Shown piece after piece: positions 1 to 8,183 of a DNA stretch of 54,699 bases; the first letter of the stretch is position 1; each line of letters begins with the position of its first letter. The notes under the pieces were generated by a model. That model did not search any database and was not told the DNA's origin. It saw nothing but the letters and a program-made list of their open reading frames with translations. Both the position numbers and the translations under genes were made by a program. The DNA is taken from positions 1 through 54,699 of IMG/VR virus record IMGVR_UViG_2974665086_000001; one strand, given 5' to 3'. Source of the DNA: a virus. Taxonomy: Duplodnaviria > Heunggongvirae > Uroviricota > Caudoviricetes.

Positions 1-300
1 GCGAAAAAGCTTATTTAAACTTAATGGCAAAAACTATGCAATTTTGATCAAAAAACAACAAAAATCGATCAAAATTCATCAAAAACAGCTTAATATCGGT
101 CAAAAACGATGAAAACTTAATGCAGCTTAAATAGCTATGACTTAATGGCTATCCGAGCAGAAAAGTTTTGTTTTCATATAGCTATGGCAGGCACTTGTTG
201 TTTTTATCGGGTTATTTATAGCTAGACTTAATGGCGACCCCGGCGAATTAAGTTATATGCCGGCCTCGCATCAATTTCAAATAATGTTTGTGCCGGCAGC

Positions 301-510
301 TTAGCCTAACCTAACTAAGGATAGCCTATGCTAAGTAAGGTTAGGCTAACATAAGTAAGGTAAGCCATAGCTATATAAGGCAAGCCTTACCTATGTAAAC
401 GAGACCTAACATGACGTGAGATTCAAGTAAGCATAGCCATAGCTATATTGAAACAAGATTCATGTTAGGCAACACTAACTAAGCATGACCTTAGTTGAAT
501 CCAGATTCAA
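301..510. repeat. Degenerate 20-bp tandem repeat (5-6 copies) followed by three TTGAA-N6-TTCAA-type palindromes
   Basis: Units at 301, 321, 341, 361, 381, consensus TTAGCCTAACCTAAGTAAGG. Palindromes at 411-426 (degenerate), 448-463 and 495-510. Confidence 0.85.
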
Positions 511-767
511 ATTGATTGTATTAGCGATTGTACCAACTAGCAGCATTGAACTCGTAAGTCAACAGTCAATTTTGCTGCACTACGCGAGAAACATTATTTG
601 ACAATTCTTGAAACGTTTGCTTTGCCGTCTCAGATCGATTCTAAGCGACTAATACCTTGTTTGCACACAATCGTACTAGGTATGCGCTGAAAGTCGCTTA
701 GCGTGCATCGTCGCAGGTCAGAGTGTTAAGAAAACGAAAGAAACACTGGTGTGTGATCTATGTCATA

Positions 768-795
768 TTGACAATTGTTGAATCGATTCTGTATC
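768..795 (+). promoter_or_regulatory. Possible SigA-type promoter for the left-end cassette
   Basis: TTGACA at 768-773. A near-identical TTGACAATTSTTGAAWCG motif is at 598. The -10 element is weak. Confidence 0.35.
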
Positions 796-883
796 CCGCG
801 TCATGTGCACACCGCCCGGAGAACAAACGAGAACCATGCTACAAAGAATAATACAGAAACTGTGATGCAGATCACATAGACAA

Positions 884-1225
884 ATGTTGTTTCAAGTCTC
901 GTTTGGGGGTAATGTTCTCGTTGTAAGGCAAACGGAAACGAGAACGGGGCAGACGATGAGTGAGCAAGCGATCCGCGATTACTGTGTTAAGCATTCTGAC
1001 TTTTGGAAAGGCACTGTTGTGTCTACGTTCGTGTCCGACAACTCGCACTATGCCGTAGTTCAGTTTCGTGACGTTGTAACGGCGGCGCAGTGGCTCGAAG
1101 CACAACGTGACCCGGATGATGCACTCATGCGAGCACTCGGATTCCGCCAGCTCACAGGCGATCTGTACGGGCCGGTAATCAGTGTTTACGAACCGGCCAA
1201 AGTATGCGTTAAGTTCGCAGACTAG
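884..1225 (+). CDS. Hypothetical protein, 113 aa
   Basis: ORF track; first of a co-oriented cassette; no recognisable motif. Confidence 0.7.
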   Translation: MLFQVSFGGNVLVVRQTETRTGQTMSEQAIRDYCVKHSDFWKGTVVSTFVSDNSHYAVVQFRDVVTAAQWLEAQRDPDDALMRALGFRQLTGDLYGPVISVYEPAKVCVKFAD

Positions 1226-1254
1226 TTCTTCCATTCTTTCAGGAAAGGTTCACA

Positions 1255-1632
1255 ATGATCACTCTCGCCAAAGAAACCGACTACATTACGATTACCGGAG
1301 TGCAAGCAATATCCTGCGCAATGGATATGCGTAAGGGCACCATCGAACAAACACGTTCGGGTCGTTGCTGCGATACCGGACCGTTCTCGAATACCAGGGA
1401 ATCCGACCGGGAAGAATTGCTTTACTCGTTGCTGATCTGGCGCGATAGCCCGGAAAGAATCAGCATGACTTTTATTCCAGACCGTTTGTGGTCGGATGCG
1501 CCCGATTGGAATAATCCGGTATCGGTAATGATCGATTCTGGCGATGCTTGCGAGCCACACGAATATCGGTTCGATTACGTTCCGCACGGTTTCCAGTGGC
1601 CCAACGAGAACATCGATAATCGCTACCTATAA
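1255..1632 (+). CDS. Hypothetical protein, 125 aa
   Basis: AGGAAAGG RBS upstream; co-oriented cassette. Confidence 0.75.
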   Translation: MITLAKETDYITITGVQAISCAMDMRKGTIEQTRSGRCCDTGPFSNTRESDREELLYSLLIWRDSPERISMTFIPDRLWSDAPDWNNPVSVMIDSGDACEPHEYRFDYVPHGFQWPNENIDNRYL

Positions 1633-1718
1633 CCAGCACGCGGGCACATATGAGAGTGTGTGCCCTATGGTGGATATAGTTCGGCTACCAACACACAACG
1701 CAAACAAAGGATAATACA

Positions 1719-2576
1719 ATGAGCGAGAACACTGTAACCCTCGAGAACGCTGCACCGATCAACCGTGACGATATTGCGTTCTCAAAGAACGATATGACCA
1801 CCGCCCGGTTCTGGGGTATCCGTGAGGGCATGATTAAGCCCGGAACCAAGGGCAAGACACACTCCGACGTTCTCGTTGCGTGGCATATGGCCGGTCGCCC
1901 GATTGTGGAAGCTCCCAAAGCGTGGAAGGTTCCCGCTACGGACAAGCACGCGTTCTCTGCCTACTGCGAGGCTAACTCGCTCGAGGCTACGGAATCGAAC
2001 TACAACGCTTGGGTTGTAGAAGATAAGCCGTTGCCCGTTGGGTACTGGGCACCTGAGACCAAAGCACGCATTACGTTCATCGATTCCGACGGTACAGAAT
2101 CGACCGTAGACGTATCAGAGGATAAGTTGCGTGAGACTCGACTCGAACTGTCAGGCTCGTTGAACGGTCGCCCGGAATCGCGTCACTACATCATGGCTGC
2201 ACAGTTGAACACCGACCAGCGACCTGTGAGCATGACTACTGCCAATGGTGCCCAGCACACAATCCGCGAGGCTATGGAAGATGACAAGCCTGCCGACGTA
2301 ATGGCCGGTTTTGTAGTGGAATGGCAGAGTAAGCGAGACAGCAACGTACTGCTACACGCACAGATCGCAGAGCTGCACGCTGCTATCTTCACTGCACTCT
2401 CAGAGCGTGATGATGCACGTGCACAGCTCGAGGCTATGACAGTCGAGCGTGATGCTTTGATCGCAGCACAGAGCAAGCCAGCACCTGCTAAGCGTGCAAG
2501 CACACGTAAGGCCCCGGCACAGACAAAGCGAGCACAGGCAGCACAGGCTCAAAGCGTTATCGACCTCGACGCATGA
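1719..2576 (+). CDS. Hypothetical protein, 285 aa, with coiled coil and Lys/Ala-rich C-terminal tail
   Basis: AAAGGA RBS; long ORF; C-terminus KPAPAKRASTRKAPAQTKRAQ. Confidence 0.85.
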   Translation: MSENTVTLENAAPINRDDIAFSKNDMTTARFWGIREGMIKPGTKGKTHSDVLVAWHMAGRPIVEAPKAWKVPATDKHAFSAYCEANSLEATESNYNAWVVEDKPLPVGYWAPETKARITFIDSDGTESTVDVSEDKLRETRLELSGSLNGRPESRHYIMAAQLNTDQRPVSMTTANGAQHTIREAMEDDKPADVMAGFVVEWQSKRDSNVLLHAQIAELHAAIFTALSERDDARAQLEAMTVERDALIAAQSKPAPAKRASTRKAPAQTKRAQAAQAQSVIDLDA

Positions 2577-2674
2577 GCGAGCACGGAGCAATCGCAGTAT
2601 TGCTTGGACTTGTCCACATCGAAAAAGTGATCGCGCTACTGATAGCGATAATCATTATCGCTAGTGTGATCTGA
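2573..2674 (+). CDS. 33-aa hydrophobic peptide
   Basis: ATGA overlap with the upstream stop; MSEHGAIAVLLGLVHIEKVIALLIAIIIIASVI; translated by hand. Confidence 0.5.
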   Translation: MSEHGAIAVLLGLVHIEKVIALLIAIIIIASVI

Positions 2675-2684
2675 CACACAACTA

Positions 2685-2716
2685 GCCCGGACTTGAATTT
2701 AGTTTCAAGTCCGGGC
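2685..2716 (+). terminator. 13-bp perfect hairpin closing the left-end cassette
   Basis: GCCCGGACTTGAA-tttagt-TTCAAGTCCGGGC. Confidence 0.65.
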
Positions 2717-2728
2717 AATGTCATATGT

Positions 2729-2836
2729 AGGTAAGCCTAAGTTAGGTAAGGCAATGCTAAGTTGAACTCGGATTCAAGTAAGGCCGGCCTTACCTAAGTT
2801 GAATCTCGTTTCAAGTAAGGGCAGGCTAACCTAAGT
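2729..2836. repeat. 37-bp tandem repeat cluster related to the 301-510 cluster
   Basis: CTAAG-TTGAA-N6-TTCAA-GTAAGG units with palindromes at 2762-2777 and 2799-2814; partial third unit. Confidence 0.85.
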
Positions 2837-3054
2837 GACGGAGGTCACCTTCCCCTACATCACTTACATATAAAATTTTGTTCAATTTTCATAAACAAAA
2901 TTAGGTAACATTTTGATAACGTTTATTGTTTCTTATATCGCTGTCTATCTGCCACTGTACGTGCAATAAAGCACGCTTAAAAGTCAAAAACGACCGGGTA
3001 CTGCTGTAAGCGTAGACGACCCAGGTATTATAATCTGATTTACGAATATAATAC

Positions 3055-3300
3055 TTATTTGCTGATCGCAACATTGGCTGTCTCTTCTGTCCATTCGACT
3101 ACACGAATACGCAGAAACCTATGCCAGGTCATCTCGTCTAGCTGCTGCGTGTCATTAACCTGAATCAGTGTACTTGCAGACATATGCTGTGTCTCACGCA
3201 CCAGTTCTCTCAGATCATCGAGTGTAATAGGCTGCTGACGAACTCTGGCGATGTTATCTTGTTTTGATCCGAATTGAACTCGTACGCCTGTCGCTTTCAT
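3055..3300 (-). CDS. Hypothetical protein, 81 aa
   Basis: Tightly packed minus-strand ORF with 4-bp overlap. Confidence 0.7.
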   Translation of the reverse strand: MKATGVRVQFGSKQDNIARVRQQPITLDDLRELVRETQHMSASTLIQVNDTQQLDEMTWHRFLRIRVVEWTEETANVAISK

Positions 3301-3491
3301 ATTACTGTAACCTCTCGGCTCGGCGTTAATTGAAGCTCTGTTGCACCCGTATCGAGCTTAAGTTTAACGCCATAAATGTCATGCGTAATGCTTAGTATAC
3401 GACCTGATCGTTGTACTAATTGTTTTCCGATTTGCACTCGGCAACTGATCTGCCTACCTAAATCGCGGCCTGATAATTGTTCTGCCAGCAT
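3297..3491 (-). CDS. Hypothetical protein, 64 aa
   Basis: Overlapping start/stop with neighbours. Confidence 0.7.
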   Translation of the reverse strand: MLAEQLSGRDLGRQISCRVQIGKQLVQRSGRILSITHDIYGVKLKLDTGATELQLTPSREVTVI

Positions 3492-3766
3492 TATCGACTC
3501 CTGTAATTCAATGCCTTTTCGGCCAGCAATGCAACGATGTTATAGTCTTCGAACAATGGCGATAGATCACTATCTGCTAGCCATTTCTGCCATACCTGCT
3601 GGGGAACGTCCCACCATTGCTCATGCTTGTATTTACCGAGCGAGTTTTTATCAGCTATAATAATCTCTCGTGCGGCCTTTTCCAGACCACGGCGTGAAGC
3701 CTGAAATGCCGATTCATCTTGTTCGATTACATATTCAGTAATCGTGCGCTCACGTGTTGTTAGCAT
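3491..3766 (-). CDS. Hypothetical protein, 91 aa
   Basis: Operon packing. Confidence 0.7.
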   Translation of the reverse strand: MLTTRERTITEYVIEQDESAFQASRRGLEKAAREIIIADKNSLGKYKHEQWWDVPQQVWQKWLADSDLSPLFEDYNIVALLAEKALNYRSR

Positions 3767-4151
3767 TGATAAAAAATCCTATCTCGTGTCGGCGTTTGAT
3801 ATGAATGCCGTAGTCTCTGATAATAAAGTAAATCTCGCTGGTCGATGCTGTCCATACCAGCCGATGATACTTGTGCAATTTACCTTCATGCTGTATATAC
3901 TGTTCGATGTATTTGCACAATTCTTTACGCTCGTCGTTGGCCTTCGCTGTGGCAAAATCGCCCGGTGTAAGCAGCTCATATCCCGTTTCTATTTTGCGAG
4001 CGTCGGGATACTGCTGCGCTTCTGCCCATTGTGCCAAATCAGGCAGACTCGATTCGAGCGCTTCGTTCATCGCGGCAGTTGACAGATGCTTGAGCTTGAT
4101 CGGCTCCGACCAGACGAATTTAACTTTAGGCATCAGAAACCACCGTTGCAA
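3750..4151 (-). CDS. Hypothetical protein, paralog of 4126-4500
   Basis: Shares a YPDARKxETGYELL segment with its neighbour. Confidence 0.75.
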   Translation of the reverse strand: MQRWFLMPKVKFVWSEPIKLKHLSTAAMNEALESSLPDLAQWAEAQQYPDARKIETGYELLTPGDFATAKANDERKELCKYIEQYIQHEGKLHKYHRLVWTASTSEIYFIIRDYGIHIKRRHEIGFFINANNT

Positions 4152-4500
4152 TCACGCGAGGAACATGCTGGGGATTGGTAATTGCGATCAGACTGTCATA
4201 CCAATTCACGTGAAATCCAGGCTGATTGTCGATAAACCCTAGAATATTTTCTAGCTTTTTTGCGCGAGAATCGTTCTCGCGGGCAATCTCGAAATCTTTT
4301 GTGCTCAGCAACTCGTAACCTGTTTCCATTTTGCGTGCATCTGGATATGCATCTGGCTTGGCCCATGCAATAATGTGTTGCTGATTTTCTGTCAGATACT
4401 CACGCAGCGTATAGGTACCCGCTATCTCATGGACATTATGCTCGTCCCATTTAAACTTAAGCATCGTACTGTTCAATAGCTTTCCTGCGTATGTTGCCAT
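4126..4500 (-). CDS. Hypothetical protein, paralog of 3750-4151
   Basis: Shares the YPDARKxETGYELL segment. Confidence 0.75.
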   Translation of the reverse strand: MATYAGKLLNSTMLKFKWDEHNVHEIAGTYTLREYLTENQQHIIAWAKPDAYPDARKMETGYELLSTKDFEIARENDSRAKKLENILGFIDNQPGFHVNWYDSLIAITNPQHVPRVIATVVSDA

Positions 4501-4516
4501 TAGTATACTGCCATCT

Positions 4517-4711
4517 TCACAGAATATCTCCTGTAGGTCCGTAGCGGTTCTTTAGTACCTGACCATCGGTAGTCATAATCAGAACCGCTTCGTGATAAAA
4601 TTTCATATAAAGATCAGTCTGCTGCACAGCGGCTAGGTCAAGTACCGAGTCCAAAGTGACTGCTGATCTTCCATCAGAAAACAAATAAACTATGTGTGTC
4701 ATTCTTACCAA
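4517..4711 (-). CDS. Hypothetical protein, 64 aa
   Basis: Operon packing. Confidence 0.65.
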   Translation of the reverse strand: MVRMTHIVYLFSDGRSAVTLDSVLDLAAVQQTDLYMKFYHEAVLIMTTDGQVLKNRYGPTGDIL

Positions 4712-4986
4712 TCGTAATTACTTAAGTCAATCATCTTTTGGGCCAACTTTTCTAGTTTCGGTGCCCAGTCTTTTCTATCTCGATACTTGTCCAAGAATGC
4801 AATAGCTGAACGAATATCGTCAAACGACTCGTTATGCCATTCCCACATACCGAACACAAACTCTATATAATATTCAGACTGGTTTTTAACGACCACCTGA
4901 ACGGTATCTAATTGCTTCTCGCCGTGCTTACCTAAAATTAGATACAAAGTATGTGATAACTCTATATCACTTTCGTTCAGCGTCAA
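4705..4986 (-). CDS. Hypothetical protein, 93 aa
   Basis: Operon packing. Confidence 0.7.
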   Translation of the reverse strand: MTLNESDIELSHTLYLILGKHGEKQLDTVQVVVKNQSEYYIEFVFGMWEWHNESFDDIRSAIAFLDKYRDRKDWAPKLEKLAQKMIDLSNYDW

Positions 4987-5341
4987 TGTCAGACTGTCCC
5001 CTCTTTTTCCTGGGAACCCGAAACGCCAGAACGCCGTTCTGATTAAGCAAATCTACCACATCGGTACGGTCATCAAAGAACATTGTAATTCCAAGTTCCT
5101 TGCACTTTGCCAGCTTAAGTTCTGGGGACTCTCGTGCGTGCTTAAATACTACTTCATGCACGTTCTCCGGGTCAAACTCGGGGATAATTTTAAGTACCTC
5201 CGCAGTAACCGAACCCCTACGACTGTTGCCTACAGCACTGATAAAGTGAGTCTCATGGTCCTGAAACAAGGCTGCTTCGAGAGTCGAAATCTCGTCAGGG
5301 TAATGGCTGAGAACCTGCCAGTAATCAAATCCAATAATCAT
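4967..5341 (-). CDS. HAD-superfamily-like hydrolase/phosphatase
   Basis: N-terminal IIGFD (motif I-like, second Asp absent), K motif, and C-terminal MFFDDR (motif IV). Confidence 0.5.
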   Translation of the reverse strand: MIIGFDYWQVLSHYPDEISTLEAALFQDHETHFISAVGNSRRGSVTAEVLKIIPEFDPENVHEVVFKHARESPELKLAKCKELGITMFFDDRTDVVDLLNQNGVLAFRVPRKKRGQSDIDAERK

Positions 5342-5461
5342 TAGTTCGTTCCTCCACGATCTGATTCGTCATAGTCGCCGCTTTCATAAGACCAGTTCAC
5401 AGCAAAGGGCTGTTCTGACCTGTACCCCGGCGTAGGGTAATCTTCTTCATAAAAATCCATA

Positions 5462-5674
5462 TTAGGAGGCATTCTTGCTCTCATCTACTAGTTTAAATTT
5501 AAAGTCTTTGGCAATCTCAAGTAACAAACGATAAGTGTCCGCTTCGGACATAATAATCTGTTCAGTATCGTTGTACCGGCTGTCAATCTTCTTTATTTCA
5601 TATTTGTATGCGTTGCCTAGATTAGACACGTACTGTCCATTTTTTGTTCTGCTTCGGCTTTTTGTTATGTTCAC
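5462..5674 (-). CDS. Hypothetical protein, about 70 aa
   Basis: ORF track; start uncertain. Confidence 0.55.
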   Translation of the reverse strand: MNITKSRSRTKNGQYVSNLGNAYKYEIKKIDSRYNDTEQIIMSEADTYRLLLEIAKDFKFKLVDESKNAS

Positions 5675-5858
5675 GCATTACACGTCGTGCATGAATCTTG
5701 GCCGACAAAGAAAGCGGAAAAAAGGTTTCGTACCATTCGTCACTTGTATTATCGTTAATTGAAGAATAGTAAGTAATATTCCACATGCCAAGTGGTTCGC
5801 TTGGATCGCGTACAATTTCAGCATGAGAGCATGTTTCTTTAAACCAAAGCTTCTTCAC
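5622..5858 (-). CDS. Hypothetical protein, 78 aa
   Basis: GAAGGAAAG RBS upstream. Confidence 0.65.
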   Translation of the reverse strand: MKKLWFKETCSHAEIVRDPSEPLGMWNITYYSSINDNTSDEWYETFFPLSLSAKIHARRVMREHNKKPKQNKKWTVRV

Positions 5859-5989
5859 GTTACTTTCCTTCTAACTTAGATTTAACTAATATCAGGGCGT
5901 TACGAAAACCGGCATCCCACCAGTCATCGTTCGACATATCTTCAAGTTTTGCGGGATGAGAGAGCTTAGCCAGCTCCGCTTCTATCCAT

Positions 5990-6358
5990 TTAATTGTCTT
6001 TTTCTTGCTCACTGCGGCGGTCAAACTCCTCAATTATCTTATTACGATATACATCGTATTCTCTTTGCATCACTACGAAGTATTTAACCTCAGCTTGTTG
6101 AAAGTTCTTTTCAAAGTCATGCAAGCGGCTTCTACCATCATCGTTCAAACTGAAAAGCAAAAGCCAGAAAAGGATAACTGCTGCAATAATGCTACTAGCC
6201 AGACCCAAGGGCCAGCTCACTGTAAAAAGAAACAGGGCTGCAAGCGCGAACAGAGCGGCAGCACGACCGATTCTGCACTGACGGTTGCTGTACTGCTTCA
6301 AGTCTTGCTTGGCTTGCAAATATTCTGTAATGACTCTGGTGTCATCGTCGTTAATCAT
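5990..6358 (-). CDS. Two-TM membrane protein
   Basis: Hydrophobic stretch AAALFALAALFLFTVSWPLGLASSIIAAVILFWLLLF; GGAAAGGA RBS. Confidence 0.75.
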   Translation of the reverse strand: MINDDDTRVITEYLQAKQDLKQYSNRQCRIGRAAALFALAALFLFTVSWPLGLASSIIAAVILFWLLLFSLNDDGRSRLHDFEKNFQQAEVKYFVVMQREYDVYRNKIIEEFDRRSEQEKDN

Positions 6359-6390
6359 GGCGGTTTCCTTTCCGTAGGTTCCATACCATG

Positions 6391-6419
6391 ACTGTACGAC
6401 AACATTCAGCTTGTGTCAA
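6391..6419 (-). promoter_or_regulatory. SigA-type leftward promoter
   Basis: TTGACA-17 bp-TACAGT on the minus strand. Confidence 0.6.
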
Positions 6420-6679
6420 CTATTGATTGCGTATGTATTCAATAGGTCCTTGGTAACCTGTTCTGAGATAAGTATAAACCGTTTCTCGGTTTCCATCCAG
6501 AACTTATCTTCTTTTAATCTATCTCTGTCCAGCAATTGTACTTGCGTACGCTTCTGATGCTTAATGACTCGGCACAAATAGAACGCTGGGCTACCCATAC
6601 CGGCGACCCAATAACCTATGTCACCGATCTGTACTTTATTTCCGAACATATCATTCATCGAATACGGCCTTACTGACAA
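6416..6679 (-). CDS. Hypothetical protein (SH3/KOW-like beta protein)
   Basis: DMFGNKVQIGD start, resembling its neighbour (DCFGNPVDVGD). Confidence 0.65.
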   Translation of the reverse strand: MSVRPYSMNDMFGNKVQIGDIGYWVAGMGSPAFYLCRVIKHQKRTQVQLLDRDRLKEDKFWMETEKRFILISEQVTKDLLNTYAINS

Positions 6680-6878
6680 TACGACTTGACGTACCGAAAA
6701 ATTCTGATCCGGGTGGATGCGCGAACCAGCGACCCGAGCTTGACTCGATACACTTCATATAAACTCGTGAGCCAGAAATCCGGGTGATAACGGCCTTTTC
6801 GATGGTCATATCACGAGTACCACTGATATAAATAATCTCGTCGCCTACGTCTACCGGATTACCAAAGCAGTCTATCAT
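6651..6878 (-). CDS. Hypothetical protein (SH3/KOW-like beta protein)
   Basis: DxFGNxVxxGD motif common in small phage proteins. Confidence 0.65.
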   Translation of the reverse strand: MIDCFGNPVDVGDEIIYISGTRDMTIEKAVITRISGSRVYMKCIESSSGRWFAHPPGSEFFGTSSRIVSKAVFDE

Positions 6879-7519
6879 GTTAGTTCCTTCATTATTTGTG
6901 TGCCTATGTATTCACTATAGGCAGGTGGAATAGCTTCTGCTAATTCCTTACGAACATCGGTCCAATCTATTCCCATTGCAGTCTGCCATTGCGGTACGGT
7001 TCCTTTTCCTCCACCTTCTCCGTATACAGCGAAGTAAGGTCCATCAAAGTATTCTCCGTGTCGCCAACCTGCAACTCGTCCACGATGCTTTAAGTGTGTA
7101 GGTTGATCAATTGTTATTCTATCTATCTCGAAGAACCTGTGTCGAATAACTCCGAGACCGAACATTTCACCACATAACTTGAGGTCTTTCCGTATCTCGG
7201 CCCCTGCGACATTTTCTATCACAGTCGGAACCTTGAGTTTGGAAAATTCCTGTCGAAGTTGCGGGATGAAATCAGGATAGATGTTACCCTTGTTGGTTCC
7301 CTTTGTCAATGCTGAACTTGACTGACACGGAGGACTGCCTACAACAACGTCGTACAGGTGTCCGAACTCACGAACATACTCTATAGCATCTGCCTGAATA
7401 AATTCAAATGGATAGTTAGGTTGGGGCGCAATATCTACGCCTGTAACTGTGAACCCCGCTCTGTCGTAGCCTACACTAGCTCCACCTGCACAGCAAAATA
7501 GGTCGAGAAGTGTTACCAA
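6875..7519 (-). CDS. Short C5 cytosine DNA methyltransferase
   Basis: LDLFCCAGG (motif I), GSPPCQ (motif IV), IENV (motif VI), RHR (motif VIII), EAIPP near the C-terminus. Confidence 0.85.
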   Translation of the reverse strand: MVTLLDLFCCAGGASVGYDRAGFTVTGVDIAPQPNYPFEFIQADAIEYVREFGHLYDVVVGSPPCQSSSALTKGTNKGNIYPDFIPQLRQEFSKLKVPTVIENVAGAEIRKDLKLCGEMFGLGVIRHRFFEIDRITIDQPTHLKHRGRVAGWRHGEYFDGPYFAVYGEGGGKGTVPQWQTAMGIDWTDVRKELAEAIPPAYSEYIGTQIMKELT

Positions 7520-7767
7520 GCCGAGCTAACGACCTTAATATTATAACCACGATCCCTCAAAAGGGATTCAATTCCATCCAGCGTTCCTGATTCAGTAGCA
7601 AGTGGACCCGTTACTGTGAAAGTAGTAAGTGTTGCCGCATTTATCGCACCCCTAATACGAGTTTGCAACGTTGCGACAGATGTACTAGTAACCGCACAAG
7701 GTCGTTCTTCAATAAAATCCTTGATCAAGTCCTGCAACTGGTTCAAATCAGCTACGCTCATCGTCAT
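7513..7767 (-). CDS. Hypothetical protein, 84 aa
   Basis: Operon packing. Confidence 0.65.
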   Translation of the reverse strand: MTMSVADLNQLQDLIKDFIEERPCAVTSTSVATLQTRIRGAINAATLTTFTVTGPLATESGTLDGIESLLRDRGYNIKVVSSAW

Positions 7768-7883
7768 ATTCTTTTCTCCATTGTTTTTCTTCTAGCTTAC
7801 GTTGTATATGTTTAGTTTTATCGAAAAGACCATCGCACTCTATACAAAAACATACGATGGTCTTTCCCGATTTAAACTTTGTG

Positions 7884-8066
7884 TTACGTTTTAGGGCTTT
7901 CCCCAGCATCCGAGGCAAGTAACATTTCCTTAAGTCCAGCCATAGTCTCAGAAACGACCTTCCAGACCTGCTTTTGTCCGGCCTCTTCTGTATTGTCGGC
8001 CAGATCGGAGAAGATGCCGACTAACTTATGTAGCGTGGGGATATCTCTTTGTGACAAATCTTGCAT
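7884..8066 (-). CDS. Hypothetical protein, 60 aa
   Basis: TAAGGA RBS upstream. Confidence 0.6.
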   Translation of the reverse strand: MQDLSQRDIPTLHKLVGIFSDLADNTEEAGQKQVWKVVSETMAGLKEMLLASDAGESPKT

Positions 8067-8111
8067 AATTTTCCTTAGTAGATGTAAAGCCAGTCGCAGA
8101 CCAGCGAAACG

Positions 8112-8162
8112 CCCGGTAAACTCAAGCCTTTAGCAATAAGCCATAGAATTAAGTTTACCGGG
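8112..8162 (-). terminator. Inverted repeat downstream of the Nampt-like gene
   Basis: CCCGGTAAACT (8112-8122) / AGTTTACCGGG (8152-8162); large loop. Confidence 0.4.
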
Positions 8163-8183
8163 ACGCCTAGCAAGGTCATTTCA

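Noticed and set aside
301-2836. Repeat clusters as a CRISPR or mini-CRISPR array
   Set aside because: Units are contiguous and degenerate, with no 25-40 nt unique spacers and no cas genes.
7825-7865. 11-bp inverted repeat AAAGACCATCG/CGATGGTCTTT
   Set aside because: Single instance inside a small ORF; may be a weak terminator, with no further support.
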